Positions 10,338-20,503 are shown, numbered from the stretch's first letter. The stretch: DNA of 64,000 nt from Bacilli bacterium (GCA_045600585.1 JAZRYE010000003.1:772-64771), one strand, 5' to 3'. The notes: generated from the letters alone by a model not told the origin. Made by a program: numbers and translations.

Positions 10338-10871
10338 TTATTTATCAAAAGCAATTGAATTAACAATAGAAGCTATATCATTACTTTCAACAATCCAAAT
10401 GTTATCAAAGAATTCTTTATCAATTTCATTTGGCGTTTCAAATCTTTCAATAAGGTCTTTCAATGCATCAGTAGGAATAGGCCAATCTCTTTGTAAATTT
10501 TGATTTAATACAGTGGTTTTATCCAATTTAAAAGAAACTAAATCTATTTCATTAAAATATAATTTTAAAGGTTTAACTGAATCAACACGATAGTTTGTTG
10601 TGGAATTAGTTGAATCAAGAACAACAATTCCATCAGGATCTTTTGAATAAGCTTTTGCTAATTCATAATACATTTCCCATACAACTTTATCGTGGCTTAA
10701 ATCTTGTTGATTTCCACAAAGCATAGCCCTTATTTGATCAGAAGATACAATATAAACATGTCTACCTTTTATTCTTTTCAATGTGTTTGAGAAATAACTT
10801 TTCCCACTTCCAGGAACACCAGACATTACAACTAATTTATTCATAAAAGTATGATAACAAATTTGCATCAA
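10338..10871 (-). CDS. P-loop NTPase / kinase-like protein (AAA_33/zeta-toxin/PNK-like)
   Basis: Walker A GVPGSGKS near the N-terminus. The true start is probably the MNKLVVMSG Met at about 10844. No other recognisable domain. Confidence 0.5.
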   Translation of the reverse strand: MMQICYHTFMNKLVVMSGVPGSGKSYFSNTLKRIKGRHVYIVSSDQIRAMLCGNQQDLSHDKVVWEMYYELAKAYSKDPDGIVVLDSTNSTTNYRVDSVKPLKLYFNEIDLVSFKLDKTTVLNQNLQRDWPIPTDALKDLIERFETPNEIDKEFFDNIWIVESNDIASIVNSIAFDK

Positions 10872-10917
10872 AATACGAAGAACAAAGAATGTCCTTGGCG
10901 CACATAGTCTAGATTAA

Positions 10918-12105
10918 TTAGAAAACAAAGGAATATAGCTCGTTATTATAAAGAAGTTTTGATTCTTTAGAACGAATGTCCTCATGGATGAATGATGATA
11001 TATATATTTCAAAATATTCATCTCTCTTTTCTATTCCTAATGAATAGGAGCAAGAATCTAAAGTAAAGTATTCTAATGAACTACCAACAAATTTGAATAA
11101 ATAAAAATTAGATAATAAATCGTATTTACCTTTATCTTTAGGAGAAAATCTATTTATTGATTCAACTTGATAAGTAATATAGATATCCTTTGTATCGACG
11201 CAAATAATGGATTTATTTATATGTCCTACATTTGGATAATATTTTTTATCTAAAGTTAAATCAAAAATACAATCGCCAATATGCAATTTATCATTATCAA
11301 AAAAGATTTTATCGCCGGTTTCAACTTCGCTAAGAAAAGAGTCGATAGAAGCTGTATTAGTAGTTTCATCAAGAACAATGTAACAGTTATTTATTAACAC
11401 GCATAATTTACCATTTTTAATCAAAATAGGTTCAAAAAAATGATTCAAACTTATATATTCTTGATCAAATAAACTTCTGACATTGTTTTCGAAATACAAA
11501 TTCTTATTATTTATAAAGTTAAAGTAACAATCATACCAAGCTAAAGAAACTACTGGTATCTCATTAATAGTGTTTAATGCATAAAAATAAAAGCAATTAT
11601 TATAATCAGCAACTCCACAAAAAGATAAATTTGCAACATATATTTCATCTTCATGAAAGACGTTTTCTAAAGTTAGTATTTGAGTATTGAGATCATAAAT
11701 TGTTGCAGAATATCCATCAACGAAAACAAACGAATTGTTTTTGCAGCAAACATTGAATGAATTTAAACAATATTCAGAATACTTAGATTTATATTGAAAA
11801 CCATAGTCATCAAATAAATATGTATCGTTATTATTCTTAGAATAAGAGATTGGCTGAATCGTATTATCTTTTTTCACATATACATAATTCTTTGCCAAAA
11901 CATTATCAATATAATTTGAATAGTCTTTGGTTTCAAAAAAACAAGATTTTCTATCAATATTTCTAAATTGAAAAGAGTCGCTTTTTTGAAAACAATCACT
12001 AAAAAAATCAAAATATTCAAGACTTTTGTTAACATTAAAACACGAGGAGACAAAACAAAGAGATATAGCACCAAGGCCTTTAAATAATATTTTCAAGAAT
12101 GTCAT
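10918..12105 (-). CDS. Hypothetical lipoprotein, Cys/Asn/Tyr/Phe-rich
   Basis: Signal peptide with lipobox (LCFVSSC). Very AT-rich coding DNA. No recognisable catalytic motif. Overlaps the next gene by 26 bp. Confidence 0.45.
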   Translation of the reverse strand: MTFLKILFKGLGAISLCFVSSCFNVNKSLEYFDFFSDCFQKSDSFQFRNIDRKSCFFETKDYSNYIDNVLAKNYVYVKKDNTIQPISYSKNNNDTYLFDDYGFQYKSKYSEYCLNSFNVCCKNNSFVFVDGYSATIYDLNTQILTLENVFHEDEIYVANLSFCGVADYNNCFYFYALNTINEIPVVSLAWYDCYFNFINNKNLYFENNVRSLFDQEYISLNHFFEPILIKNGKLCVLINNCYIVLDETTNTASIDSFLSEVETGDKIFFDNDKLHIGDCIFDLTLDKKYYPNVGHINKSIICVDTKDIYITYQVESINRFSPKDKGKYDLLSNFYLFKFVGSSLEYFTLDSCSYSLGIEKRDEYFEIYISSFIHEDIRSKESKLLYNNELYSFVF

Positions 12106-13630
12106 CGATTGCCTCCGGGTACATTGTCTCCAAATTATGAGGAACGGCAGGCATATTTGGATTTGCTAACAAAAATTTATTCGAGTTAATGAACTGCACA
12201 CTTACCATATATTCTAAAGGTATATAAAATGTTTTAGTCGATGTTGTATCAAGTTGAGAATTTGCAACAGAATGATTAAAAGTAATTAAAGGTATATCTA
12301 GAAAGTTATTACAAGCAGTACTACTATAATTATATAATTTGCCATTAGCATTGCCTTCACCAACCAGACCATCAAATCCTAAATTTACATAATGTATGAT
12401 TTTAATTTTCTTAAAAAGAATTGTAATAAATGATTCGTATGTGATAGTCATACCAAAACCATATGTTCTAAAATTAATAGAAGAATTTGTATTATTCCAA
12501 CTATTCCTATATGAATCTAAAAGCATCACATTAGATAAATCCGTATAGGCATCGCAGTATGCCAAGGCTGTCCTATCTAAATATTCATTTAAAAAACCTA
12601 AATTACTACTTAAAAGTCTTAACTGCAAAATAGTTTCAAAAATCGATAGTTCTGGAGAAAAATATGGGGTTCCCAAACTAATCATATTCTTAAACCAAGT
12701 TGGATGTTGAGTAGCAAGTTTTAAATTTATTAGTCCTCCTCTACTATGCCCATACAAACTAATTTTCCCGCCATTAATCTTATTATGAAGACTAGCGCAA
12801 AATGCATTGAACGGAGTATAGAAATTAGAGTTAAACGAATTGTTATTCAAATTATCTTGATAAATAATGATGTCGGTATTTTTTAAGTCGGTATTTGAAA
12901 ATGAAGTTAATGAATCAAAATAATTTAATCTTGCTTTTCCGATTTTAGCTTGTCCATTAACATACTCGCCAATCCAAATATTAGAATTATATTTACGCGA
13001 TAATTTTACAGGTAATGATTCTTCTTGCAACTTGAAAGAGCAAGAAGAAGACCCATCGTTTGTCCAATCAGTTGCATTTCCGCCGATTCCATGAACAAGA
13101 ACATGAACATTTTTGGCGCTAGGTATCCAAGGTACGTTTTTAACTTCATAAGTACATTCTTCGTGCTGAAAAGAAGACAATTCGTCAGGAACCCAAACAT
13201 TTTTCATCCGATTAATTTTAGAATCTAAAGAGTCATATGAATCATCACTCATGATGTCAATGAACGAATTGGCGTCAATTGTTACACAATCAGAATCGTT
13301 TTCATCAAAATTATTTAAATAACTAAAATGTTGTGATGTATTGTCATAAACATTAGCTAATTCCAAAATACGATTGCCAATCACTTCGACTTCTGAATAG
13401 TCATAGGGATCTTTATCGGACAAATATGGAAGTAAAGGATCAATTGGTATAATAGGCTCACCTGGATCAATTGGTGGATTGATTGGTGGCGGATTAATAA
13501 TAATGTTTAGTTTTTCCTTTGCGTATTGAGAGAACGAATGAATAATTTTATAATCATTTGAAACAGTAAATAAATAACATGAGCACATCAATGCAATAGT
13601 AGTCAATTTTATTTTAACGTTTTTTCCCAT
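12080..13630 (-). CDS. Secreted alpha/beta-hydrolase (lipase/esterase-like) with Pro-rich linker
   Basis: N-terminal signal sequence, a PPINPPIDPGEPIIPIDP linker, HGIGGN oxyanion-like motif and a GHSRGG nucleophile-elbow (GxSxG). Confidence 0.5.
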   Translation of the reverse strand: MGKNVKIKLTTIALMCSCYLFTVSNDYKIIHSFSQYAKEKLNIIINPPPINPPIDPGEPIIPIDPLLPYLSDKDPYDYSEVEVIGNRILELANVYDNTSQHFSYLNNFDENDSDCVTIDANSFIDIMSDDSYDSLDSKINRMKNVWVPDELSSFQHEECTYEVKNVPWIPSAKNVHVLVHGIGGNATDWTNDGSSSCSFKLQEESLPVKLSRKYNSNIWIGEYVNGQAKIGKARLNYFDSLTSFSNTDLKNTDIIIYQDNLNNNSFNSNFYTPFNAFCASLHNKINGGKISLYGHSRGGLINLKLATQHPTWFKNMISLGTPYFSPELSIFETILQLRLLSSNLGFLNEYLDRTALAYCDAYTDLSNVMLLDSYRNSWNNTNSSINFRTYGFGMTITYESFITILFKKIKIIHYVNLGFDGLVGEGNANGKLYNYSSTACNNFLDIPLITFNHSVANSQLDTTSTKTFYIPLEYMVSVQFINSNKFLLANPNMPAVPHNLETMYPEAIDDILENII

Positions 13631-13637
13631 AAAATTA

Positions 13638-14027
13638 TTATGCTCCGACTTTAGCTTGTGCTAATTCGTAGACATCTTCGCCATTTAATGCTGCTTGTTT
13701 AAGTTCTTCAACATCTTGTTCATTTAATACTTCAGCTTTAGCTAATTGTCTTGTTAATTTAGCTAAATCTTTTTTAACTTCTTTTAAATGAGCTTCGTTT
13801 TCTTTTCTAACAGCAATTTTTCTTCTAATACCAGGAAGCTTTGCTTCAGGAACATAATCGGAAATAATTTTGTTTCCTTCTCTCCACTGACGATAATAAT
13901 AAGTATGTCCAGAGATTTGTTTAACTGAAATATATCCGACTGGTAACGCCTCAATATTTTTAGAAATTTGTGCAAATTCATCTAATAAATCAGCTAATGC
14001 TTCAACTTGTCTTAATTCTTTATTCAT
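13638..14027 (-). CDS. Hypothetical coiled-coil protein (129 aa)
   Basis: ORF with a GGAG-type RBS. Lys/Glu-rich predicted coiled coil. No motif recognised. Confidence 0.4.
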   Translation of the reverse strand: MNKELRQVEALADLLDEFAQISKNIEALPVGYISVKQISGHTYYYRQWREGNKIISDYVPEAKLPGIRRKIAVRKENEAHLKEVKKDLAKLTRQLAKAEVLNEQDVEELKQAALNGEDVYELAQAKVGA

Positions 14028-14110
14028 AACTCAATCTCCTTAACCTACCAACATATTATAGAAAACAAGCAAATAATGCAACTACTTTATTATATAAAAT
14101 GATTAAAAAA

Positions 14111-14137
14111 ACAGGTAATGGATTAACCACTACCTGT
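14111..14137 (-). terminator. Terminator downstream of the PFOR gene
   Basis: ACAGGTA-N13-TACCTGT hairpin, followed on the minus strand by TTTTTTTAATC. Confidence 0.5.
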
Positions 14138-14156
14138 ATTTTATTTTAGTTAAGAA

Positions 14157-17100
14157 TTAAAGACCAAATTTCTTAATTCTTTCCCAACGATCTTGAGCAC
14201 ACTTTTCAGATTTTGCTAGTAATTCTTCAGCATGAGCAGGATTAACTCTTGGTAATTGTGAGTATCTTGTTTCTGTCATGATGAATTCTCTGAACTTGCT
14301 GAAGTCTGGTTGGTAACCATCAGCTGCTTTATAAGCATCAATAGTTAATCCTGGTTTACCAGCTGCAACATTTCTTGGATCATATCTGAAGATTGGGAAA
14401 TAACCACATTCAACAGCTAATCTTTCTTGTCTCATTGAGTTAGCAAGACCGCCTTTAATACCATGGTTAGCACAAGGTGCATAGCAGATAATTAATGATG
14501 GTCCATCATAGCTTTCAGCTTCTTTTAAAGCCTTAATTGCTGCAACAGGGTTAGCGCCTAATGAGATTTGAGCAACATAGACTGTACCATAGCTCATTGC
14601 GATTAATGCTAAGTTCTTCTTTGCAGATGTTTTACCTGAAGCTGTGAATTTAGCAATAGAACCTGTTTGTGACGATTTAGAAGATTGACCACCAGTATTT
14701 GAGTAAACTTCTGTATCAAGTAATAAGACGTTAACGTCTTCGTCATTAGCTAAGACGTGATCTAAGCCGCCGTAACCAATGTCGTAGCCCCAACCGTCAC
14801 CACCGACGATCCATACTGATTTATCTTGTAAATCTCTTTCATATGCTAAGACTGCTTTGACTTGTTCATCTTTAGATGCCTTGACTAAGCCAGCGAGTTT
14901 AGGAGCAATTGTTCTCATTGCTTGTCTATTCTTGATGTTTTCGAAGTATTCATCAATGCAAGCTTTGAGTTCTTCTTCAACTGTATCTCTTTCTTTAGCA
15001 GCAGATAAGATTTCAACGATTGCTTTGAGTTTTGTGTCAGTTGCAATTCTCATACCATAACCATATTCTGCATTATCTTCGAATAATGAGTTAGCCCAAG
15101 CAACACCTTGGCCTTCTTTATCTGTACAGAATGGAGTTAATGGAGTTGAACCGGAATAGATGGAGGAACATCCAGTAGCGTTTGCTACTAACATATCTTT
15201 ACCAAATAATTGAGAAACTAAACGATAGTAAGGAGTTTCACCACAACCAGCACATGCGCCAGATACTTCCATATATGGCATCATGAAGCCAACACCTTTG
15301 ACAGTTGCTTGCATTGCTGCAGGTAATCTATCAGCTTTGTATGAAACGTGTTTGTATAAGTAGTCAGCTGCTTCTTCTTGTGAGAATTGAGACTTAGCTT
15401 CAACCATTTCAAGGACTTTCTTGCCTTGTTTATTTGCTAAACATTCAGAAACGCATAAGCCACAACCAACACAGTTACGTGGAGAAACTTGGATACGGAA
15501 TTTTAATCCTTGTAAGCCAGGACCCATAGCATTGAGTGCTTCTTTTGCATTTTCAGGTGCTTCTGCATATTCTTTTTCATCCATTAAGATTGGTCTTAAT
15601 GTTGCGTGAGGACATACGAATGCACATTGGTTACATTGGATACAGCCATCTGCATGCCATAATGGAACCTTGTCAGCAATAGAACGTTTTTCACGGAATG
15701 TGATATCGTTTTGCATTGTGCCATCTAATAATTCATATTCCATGAATTTAGAAACTGGGAGATCATCACCACCTAAGTTACCCATAATAGCAACATAGGA
15801 ATCGAAATAATCATCACCTGTTAATTTGTTTTCAACTTTTGGAGAGAGTTTTGCCCATTCAGGATCAACTTTGACTTCTCTTAAGCCTTCTGTACCAGCA
15901 TCGATTGCTTTCCAGTTGAGTTCAACGACGTCTTGACCTTTTTTAGCATAGCTCTTTTCAGCAAATTTCTTCATCCAGTGATTTGCTTCTTCGTATGGCA
16001 TAATGCCTTGGTTGAGATAGAAGAATGAAGCTTGGAGAATAGTATTTGTGTGTCTGCCCATACCGATTTCGCCAGCAATCTTGTTAGCATCGATAACATA
16101 GAATTTTGCATTCTTTGTTGCTAATTGATATTTGACACGGTTTGGCATTGTTCTGACTAATTCTTCATCAGTTAAGTCAGTATTTAATAAGAATGTACCA
16201 CCGACTTTTAAGTTCTTGATCATATCAAACTTGTATAAGTATGAATCGAGTGAGCAAGAAACGAAGTCTGCGTTTTGTACATAATATGTACTTCTAATTG
16301 GTTTTTTACCAAATCTTAAGTGAGAACGTGTAACACCACCAGCTTTACGTGAGTCATATGCGAAATATGCTTGAGCGTATTGGTGAGTTGCATCACCGAT
16401 AATCTTAACAGAAGATTTGTTAGCAGAAACTGTACCATCTGAACCTAAACCATAGAATAAGCAAGATGTATAGTCTGCTTTGACGTGGAAGTTTTCGTCA
16501 ACTGGGATAGATAAATGAGTGACATCATCGTTGATAGAAACTGTGAAACCGTTCCATGGTTTTTCAGTTGCTAAGAAATCGAAGACAGCCTTCATATCTT
16601 TTGGTTGTGTATCTTTTGAAGATAAACCATAACGTCCACCAATAACTTCGATATTGCTTAAGCCAGCTTGTGATAAAACTGTAATAACATCTTGATACAA
16701 TGGTTCGCCAGCTGCACCAGCTTCTTTAGTTCTATCTAAGACAGCAATTCTCTTAACTGACTTAGGTAATACTTCTAATAAGTGCTTTGCAGAGAACGGA
16801 CGATATAAATGAACTTTGATTAAGCCAATCTTTTGATCTTTAAGTTCATCGATAACTTCTTTGATTGTTTCTGTAACAGAACCCATTGCAACAATGACTC
16901 TTTCAGCATCTGGTGCACCATAATATGTGAATGGAGCGTATTCACGGCCTGTTAATCTAGATGTTTCTTTGAAGTATTTAACAGCTGTTTCTAATACTTC
17001 ATCAACTTTTAAGTTTTGTGCTTCACGTGCTTGGAAGTAGATGTCGTCGTTTTCAGCACCACCTCTTGTGACAGCGTGAGTGTGTGGGTTTAAGGCACGA

Positions 17101-17726
17101 GCTCTGAAGAGTTCAACCTTATCCATTGGTAATAATTTCTTCCATTCGTTTTCATCAACGAATTCGACATTTTGAACTTCATGTGATGTTCTGAAACCAT
17201 CGAAGAAGTGACATACAGGATATTGAGCATCAATAGCTAATAAGTGAGCCATTGGAGCTAAGTCAGCAACTTCTTGAACACTATGTGCACAAACCATTGC
17301 AATACCTGTTTGACGAATAGCATAGATATCTTGTTGATCACCGAAGATTGATAAGCTTCTTGTTGCTAAGCTTCTAGCAGAGACATGTAAGACTGCTGGT
17401 AAAAGTTCACCGACCCACTTATAAATATTTGGGATCATTAATAATAAACCTTGGCTAGCGGTATAAGTAGCAGCTAAAGCGCCGCCTTGTAAAGCACCGT
17501 GGACTGTACCAGAAGCACCAGCTTCAGATTGCATTTCACTGACCTTTACGACAGAACCAAAAAAGTTCTTTTTGTTTTGGCTGGCATATACATCAACATT
17601 TTCCGCCATTGGGGAAGATGGAGTAATTGGATAGATACCAGCAACTTCAATAAAGTTATAAGATCCTAATGCAGCAGCGGTATTACCGTCGACTGATAGC
17701 ATCGTTTTCTTTACATCAGACATATT
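14157..17726 (-). CDS. nifJ: Pyruvate:ferredoxin (flavodoxin) oxidoreductase, single-polypeptide NifJ/PorA type
   Basis: About 1190 aa. Two 4Fe-4S ferredoxin CxxCxxCxxxCP motifs (CIQCNQCAFVCP, CVGCGLCVSECL) and the TPP-binding GDGW/GGDG region. The ORF-track start at 17780 is a non-coding extension. The real start, MSDVKK, is preceded by AGGAGG. Confidence 0.9.
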   Translation of the reverse strand, partial: NMSDVKKTMLSVDGNTAAALGSYNFIEVAGIYPITPSSPMAENVDVYASQNKKNFFGSVVKVSEMQSEAGASGTVHGALQGGALAATYTASQGLLLMIPNIYKWVGELLPAVLHVSARSLATRSLSIFGDQQDIYAIRQTGIAMVCAHSVQEVADLAPMAHLLAIDAQYPVCHFFDGFRTSHEVQNVEFVDENEWKKLLPMDKVELFRARALNPHTHAVTRGGAENDDIYFQAREAQNLKVDEVLETAVKYFKETSRLTGREYAPFTYYGAPDAERVIVAMGSVTETIKEVIDELKDQKIGLIKVHLYRPFSAKHLLEVLPKSVKRIAVLDRTKEAGAAGEPLYQDVITVLSQAGLSNIEVIGGRYGLSSKDTQPKDMKAVFDFLATEKPWNGFTVSINDDVTHLSIPVDENFHVKADYTSCLFYGLGSDGTVSANKSSVKIIGDATHQYAQAYFAYDSRKAGGVTRSHLRFGKKPIRSTYYVQNADFVSCSLDSYLYKFDMIKNLKVGGTFLLNTDLTDEELVRTMPNRVKYQLATKNAKFYVIDANKIAGEIGMGRHTNTILQASFFYLNQGIMPYEEANHWMKKFAEKSYAKKGQDVVELNWKAIDAGTEGLREVKVDPEWAKLSPKVENKLTGDDYFDSYVAIMGNLGGDDLPVSKFMEYELLDGTMQNDITFREKRSIADKVPLWHADGCIQCNQCAFVCPHATLRPILMDEKEYAEAPENAKEALNAMGPGLQGLKFRIQVSPRNCVGCGLCVSECLANKQGKKVLEMVEAKSQFSQEEAADYLYKHVSYKADRLPAAMQATVKGVGFMMPYMEVSGACAGCGETPYYRLVSQLFGKDMLVANATGCSSIYSGSTPLTPFCTDKEGQGVAWANSLFEDNAEYGYGMRIATDTKLKAIVEILSAAKERDTVEEELKACIDEYFENIKNRQAMRTIAPKLAGLVKASKDEQVKAVLAYERDLQDKSVWIVGGDGWGYDIGYGGLDHVLANDEDVNVLLLDTEVYSNTGGQSSKSSQTGSIAKFTASGKTSAKKNLALIAMSYGTVYVAQISLGANPVAAIKALKEAESYDGPSLIICYAPCANHGIKGGLANSMRQERLAVECGYFPIFRYDPRNVAAGKPGLTIDAYKAADGYQPDFSKFREFIMTETRYSQLPRVNPAHAEELLAKSEKCAQDRWERIKKFGL

Positions 17727-17751
17727 TTTTCCTCCTAAAAAGTCCGTATTA

Positions 17752-17767
17752 AGTATATAGATACTTA
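17752..17767. promoter_or_regulatory. Palindrome AAGTAT-ATAG-ATACTT in the PFOR/phosphatase divergent promoter region
   Basis: Seen in sequence 26 bp upstream of the PFOR start codon, within the 100-bp divergent intergenic region. Confidence 0.3.
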
Positions 17768-17829
17768 TAAAGATTATCAAGTAATTATATATAAATTTAT
17801 GTTATATTTAGGAAGCAGGAGACCATTAT

Positions 17830-18945
17830 ATGAACAAAATCAAGGTACTACGAATTTTATCTTTGGGTTTAATAACTGCCCAAATAAGTGCATGTGGAGA
17901 GCCATACATTAAAGTTAATTTAAATAAATTAGGTAGTAATATTTCTATTCATACTGAAAAGCAAAATCAATATATAAACGATGCCTATGACAGTTTCATA
18001 AAATACGCGAATGGAGTAGATGAATCATCTAGACCAAATCCTATTAAGTTAGTTTATAAAACTAAAAGTAATCAAAAGACCATACAATATAAGATAAAAG
18101 TATGGGAAAAAGAAGAAGCGGAAAATGTATGGAGTTTTACAACAAATAAGACTTCTTTTGACTTATACAATTGTAAAATAAATACAACATATAATTGGCA
18201 AGTTATTGCTTCTAATGGAACTATAGAACAGGAATCAGAAATCGGTGAATTTACTACTGAAAACAGCATCATTAGAAACATTTATATTGATGGCGTTACA
18301 AATGTTCGAGATATCGGAGGATTTGTAACTTCTTCAGGAAAAATAGTTAAACAAGGACTAATTTATAGAAGTGCAGCATTTAATGATTCCACTACTGCAC
18401 TAACCACTCCAGTTTCTTATATTACTGAAACAGGAAAAGGAACTGTTATTGAACAATTAAAAATCAAAACCGAAATCGATTTAAGAAAAGTTGAAAATAA
18501 TGAAATCGGTGGTTTAACGAATAAATCAGTCATTAGTGATGAAATAAATTATGTTCAATTACCAATGATTTATGAAGGAAAAGATGTCTTATTGAATAAT
18601 AAAGAGAATGTTAAAGCTCTATTTGAAATGTTTGCGGATTCAAATAACTATCCAATCAATTTCCATTGTACATGGGGAAGAGATAGAACAGGAGCGATTG
18701 CATTTGCATTAGAGGCGTTATTAGGAGTAAAAGAAGAAGATATCTATAAAGACTACTTCTTCTCGCAATTCTCTTCTCAAAAGGGCTATATATTCTCAAA
18801 AGACGCGATAAATAAATTACATTTTAAATTCATCAAAGATTATGAAGGCGATAGTCTACAAGAAAAAGCATACAATCTTTTAAAAAATGAAGAGGGAATA
18901 AGTGAAGAAACATTAAATCAAATTATTGATAACTTGCTTGAATAA
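17830..18945 (+). CDS. Lipoprotein with C-terminal CX5R protein-tyrosine/dual-specificity phosphatase domain
   Basis: Signal peptide with lipobox (ITAQISACG). PTP P-loop HCTWGRDRTGA (C-X5-R followed by T/G). The N-terminal ~150 aa is a beta-rich domain. Confidence 0.65.
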   Translation: MNKIKVLRILSLGLITAQISACGEPYIKVNLNKLGSNISIHTEKQNQYINDAYDSFIKYANGVDESSRPNPIKLVYKTKSNQKTIQYKIKVWEKEEAENVWSFTTNKTSFDLYNCKINTTYNWQVIASNGTIEQESEIGEFTTENSIIRNIYIDGVTNVRDIGGFVTSSGKIVKQGLIYRSAAFNDSTTALTTPVSYITETGKGTVIEQLKIKTEIDLRKVENNEIGGLTNKSVISDEINYVQLPMIYEGKDVLLNNKENVKALFEMFADSNNYPINFHCTWGRDRTGAIAFALEALLGVKEEDIYKDYFFSQFSSQKGYIFSKDAINKLHFKFIKDYEGDSLQEKAYNLLKNEEGISEETLNQIIDNLLE

Positions 18946-18951
18946 AAAAAT

Positions 18952-18968
18952 AGGAGCGAATCCTATTT
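18952..18968. terminator. Bidirectional terminator between convergent genes
   Basis: ATAGGA-GCGAA-TCCTAT hairpin flanked by A-runs on one side and T-runs on the other. Confidence 0.5.
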
Positions 18969-19385
18969 TTTCTTTCTTTTTGCTTGTTCTTCGTTTACCA
19001 ATCTTTTTAAGATTCGTAAGTCCGTATCACTAAGTTCAGCATTCTTGTTAACAATACCGCCAGCAATAGTTAGTTTTTTATAAATGAAATCAGCAACCGA
19101 ATCATATTCATCTAATGTCTTCTTTGTAACGGATGGTTTATGAACAGGTTTAATTTTATTTTCTTCTTGATCAACAATATATTTTTTCATTGGTTGAACA
19201 AGTTCTAATAGGTTATATTCAGGGTCCATATTAAGAAGCGGATCAAAATAGCTTAAAGTTTCTTGGATGATATCAGGATAAATTCCAACAAATTTCGACA
19301 ATTTTTCTGGAGTGATATATTTAGCTTTAATTTTAGAAATAGCGGTTAAATATTTCTTAATTGTTGTGACACTTGGTTGCTTCAT
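18963..19385 (-). CDS. Hypothetical protein (140 aa), Lys-rich C-terminus
   Basis: Low-GC ORF; nothing recognised. Confidence 0.35.
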   Translation of the reverse strand: MKQPSVTTIKKYLTAISKIKAKYITPEKLSKFVGIYPDIIQETLSYFDPLLNMDPEYNLLELVQPMKKYIVDQEENKIKPVHKPSVTKKTLDEYDSVADFIYKKLTIAGGIVNKNAELSDTDLRILKRLVNEEQAKRKKK

Positions 19386-19852
19386 AAGTAGTACTTCCTT
19401 ATTTATATTTTAATATATAGAGATCATTTAACAACATTAAATATTTAAAAGAAAAAAACACGACTTTCATCGTGTTTTACATTCAATGTCTTTGTTGAAT
19501 ACAAATAATACATACTTTTTGCAAAAAGTGAATGGAACCAATACATAAAATCAGTGATTTTCGGTAGTTCGATTCTGCTTATATGGCAAATTCAACAAGG
19601 TTTTGAGGTCTCTTTTAAAGGACAGAGACCGTGACCTATTCGGTAGCCTCCGAATAAGCGTACGGCTATCTATTACGGCCCATAGGTACTTGAATGCCGG
19701 ACATCACCATAACTTAGTGTCATCTGGGAAGCGCTCTAGAATCGCTTGCCCTTATTATATATTAAAGGAAAGAGGAAAGACACATTTATTCAGAATTAAC
19801 TACACTTTCCGTCCTTTCAGAGTGATAGATACTAGGGAAAGGAGGGATGAAT

Positions 19853-20149
19853 ATGCTGAAACCAGGCGGAAAGAAGAAACCAAAAATCGAACCGATCCCA
19901 AGGGCGTGGCTCATCGAGTCAAGAACGGCCAAGGGGTTGACGCCGCATGATGCAGCTGAGAAGCTAGGTATGAGGCCAAACTGGTACTACCAATTGGAAA
20001 ACGGAAAGGCCGGAAGGAACCTGTCCGCATTGCAACTCAAAGACCTATCCACGGTTCTGGATATCCCGATAGAGGACGTCGTCAGGGCCGAGTGCAACTA
20101 CCTCGCTTCCATCAGAAAGAAGCAAGATGAGCGCAGGGAGAAGGCCTAA
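19853..20149 (+). CDS. XRE-family HTH regulator (island, GC-rich)
   Basis: AGGAGGG RBS, then MLKPGG... HTH region (TPHDAAEKLGMRPNWYYQLENG). First gene of the high-GC block. Confidence 0.55.
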   Translation: MLKPGGKKKPKIEPIPRAWLIESRTAKGLTPHDAAEKLGMRPNWYYQLENGKAGRNLSALQLKDLSTVLDIPIEDVVRAECNYLASIRKKQDERREKA

Positions 20150-20459
20150 GGCAAGAATCATAATGAGAAGGCTGTACCTATCGAACCTCAGGTGCGAAAG
20201 GGACATGTCCCAAAAACAGGTCGCAAGCCTCGCGGGCATGGAAACGTTCGTCTACTGCCAGATAGAATGCGGCAAACGCGGTAATTTGATGACCGCAAAG
20301 AAGCTGAAGCTGTTAGCCGAGGCGTTCAGAATCCCGGTCGAGAGGATGATAGACCTGGAAGTCAAATACACCGATGACCTTGACGCGCTCAGGGAATCGG
20401 GCTTAGACCCGGAGGCATTGAATAGAATGCACGCCAGGGTGGTAACCACAATCAAATAA
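20127..20459 (+). CDS. XRE-family HTH regulator (second, overlapping)
   Basis: HTH (SQKQVASLAGMETFVYCQIECG). Likely start at the MRRLYL Met (about 20163). Terminator follows. Confidence 0.5.
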   Translation: MSAGRRPKARIIMRRLYLSNLRCERDMSQKQVASLAGMETFVYCQIECGKRGNLMTAKKLKLLAEAFRIPVERMIDLEVKYTDDLDALRESGLDPEALNRMHARVVTTIK

Positions 20460-20473
20460 GCCAAACAAAAAGA

Positions 20474-20503
20474 CCCCCGGTTCATTGAACCGAGGGTTTT
20501 CTT
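20474..20503. terminator. Bidirectional Rho-independent terminator
   Basis: GC-rich hairpin (CCCGGTT-CATTG-AACCGAGGG) followed by TTTTCTT, between the convergent XRE and holin genes. Confidence 0.55.

Noticed and set aside
17727-17780. N-terminal 18-codon extension of the PFOR ORF
   Set aside because: An AGGAGG RBS is optimally placed before the internal MSDVKK Met. The extension encodes a hydrophobic non-homologous stretch, and it overlaps the divergent promoter region.
19560-19585. GTTCGATTC T-loop-like word near the island's left boundary (possible att/tRNA remnant)
   Set aside because: No complementary T-stem or acceptor pairing could be drawn, and it is not a direct repeat of the tRNA-Lys 3' end. 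It is probably chance.
19603-19950. 115-aa ORF at the island's left edge
   Set aside because: Arg/His-rich low-complexity translation, no RBS. It overlaps the leader and start of the XRE gene. It is a typical spurious ORF in GC-rich non-coding DNA.
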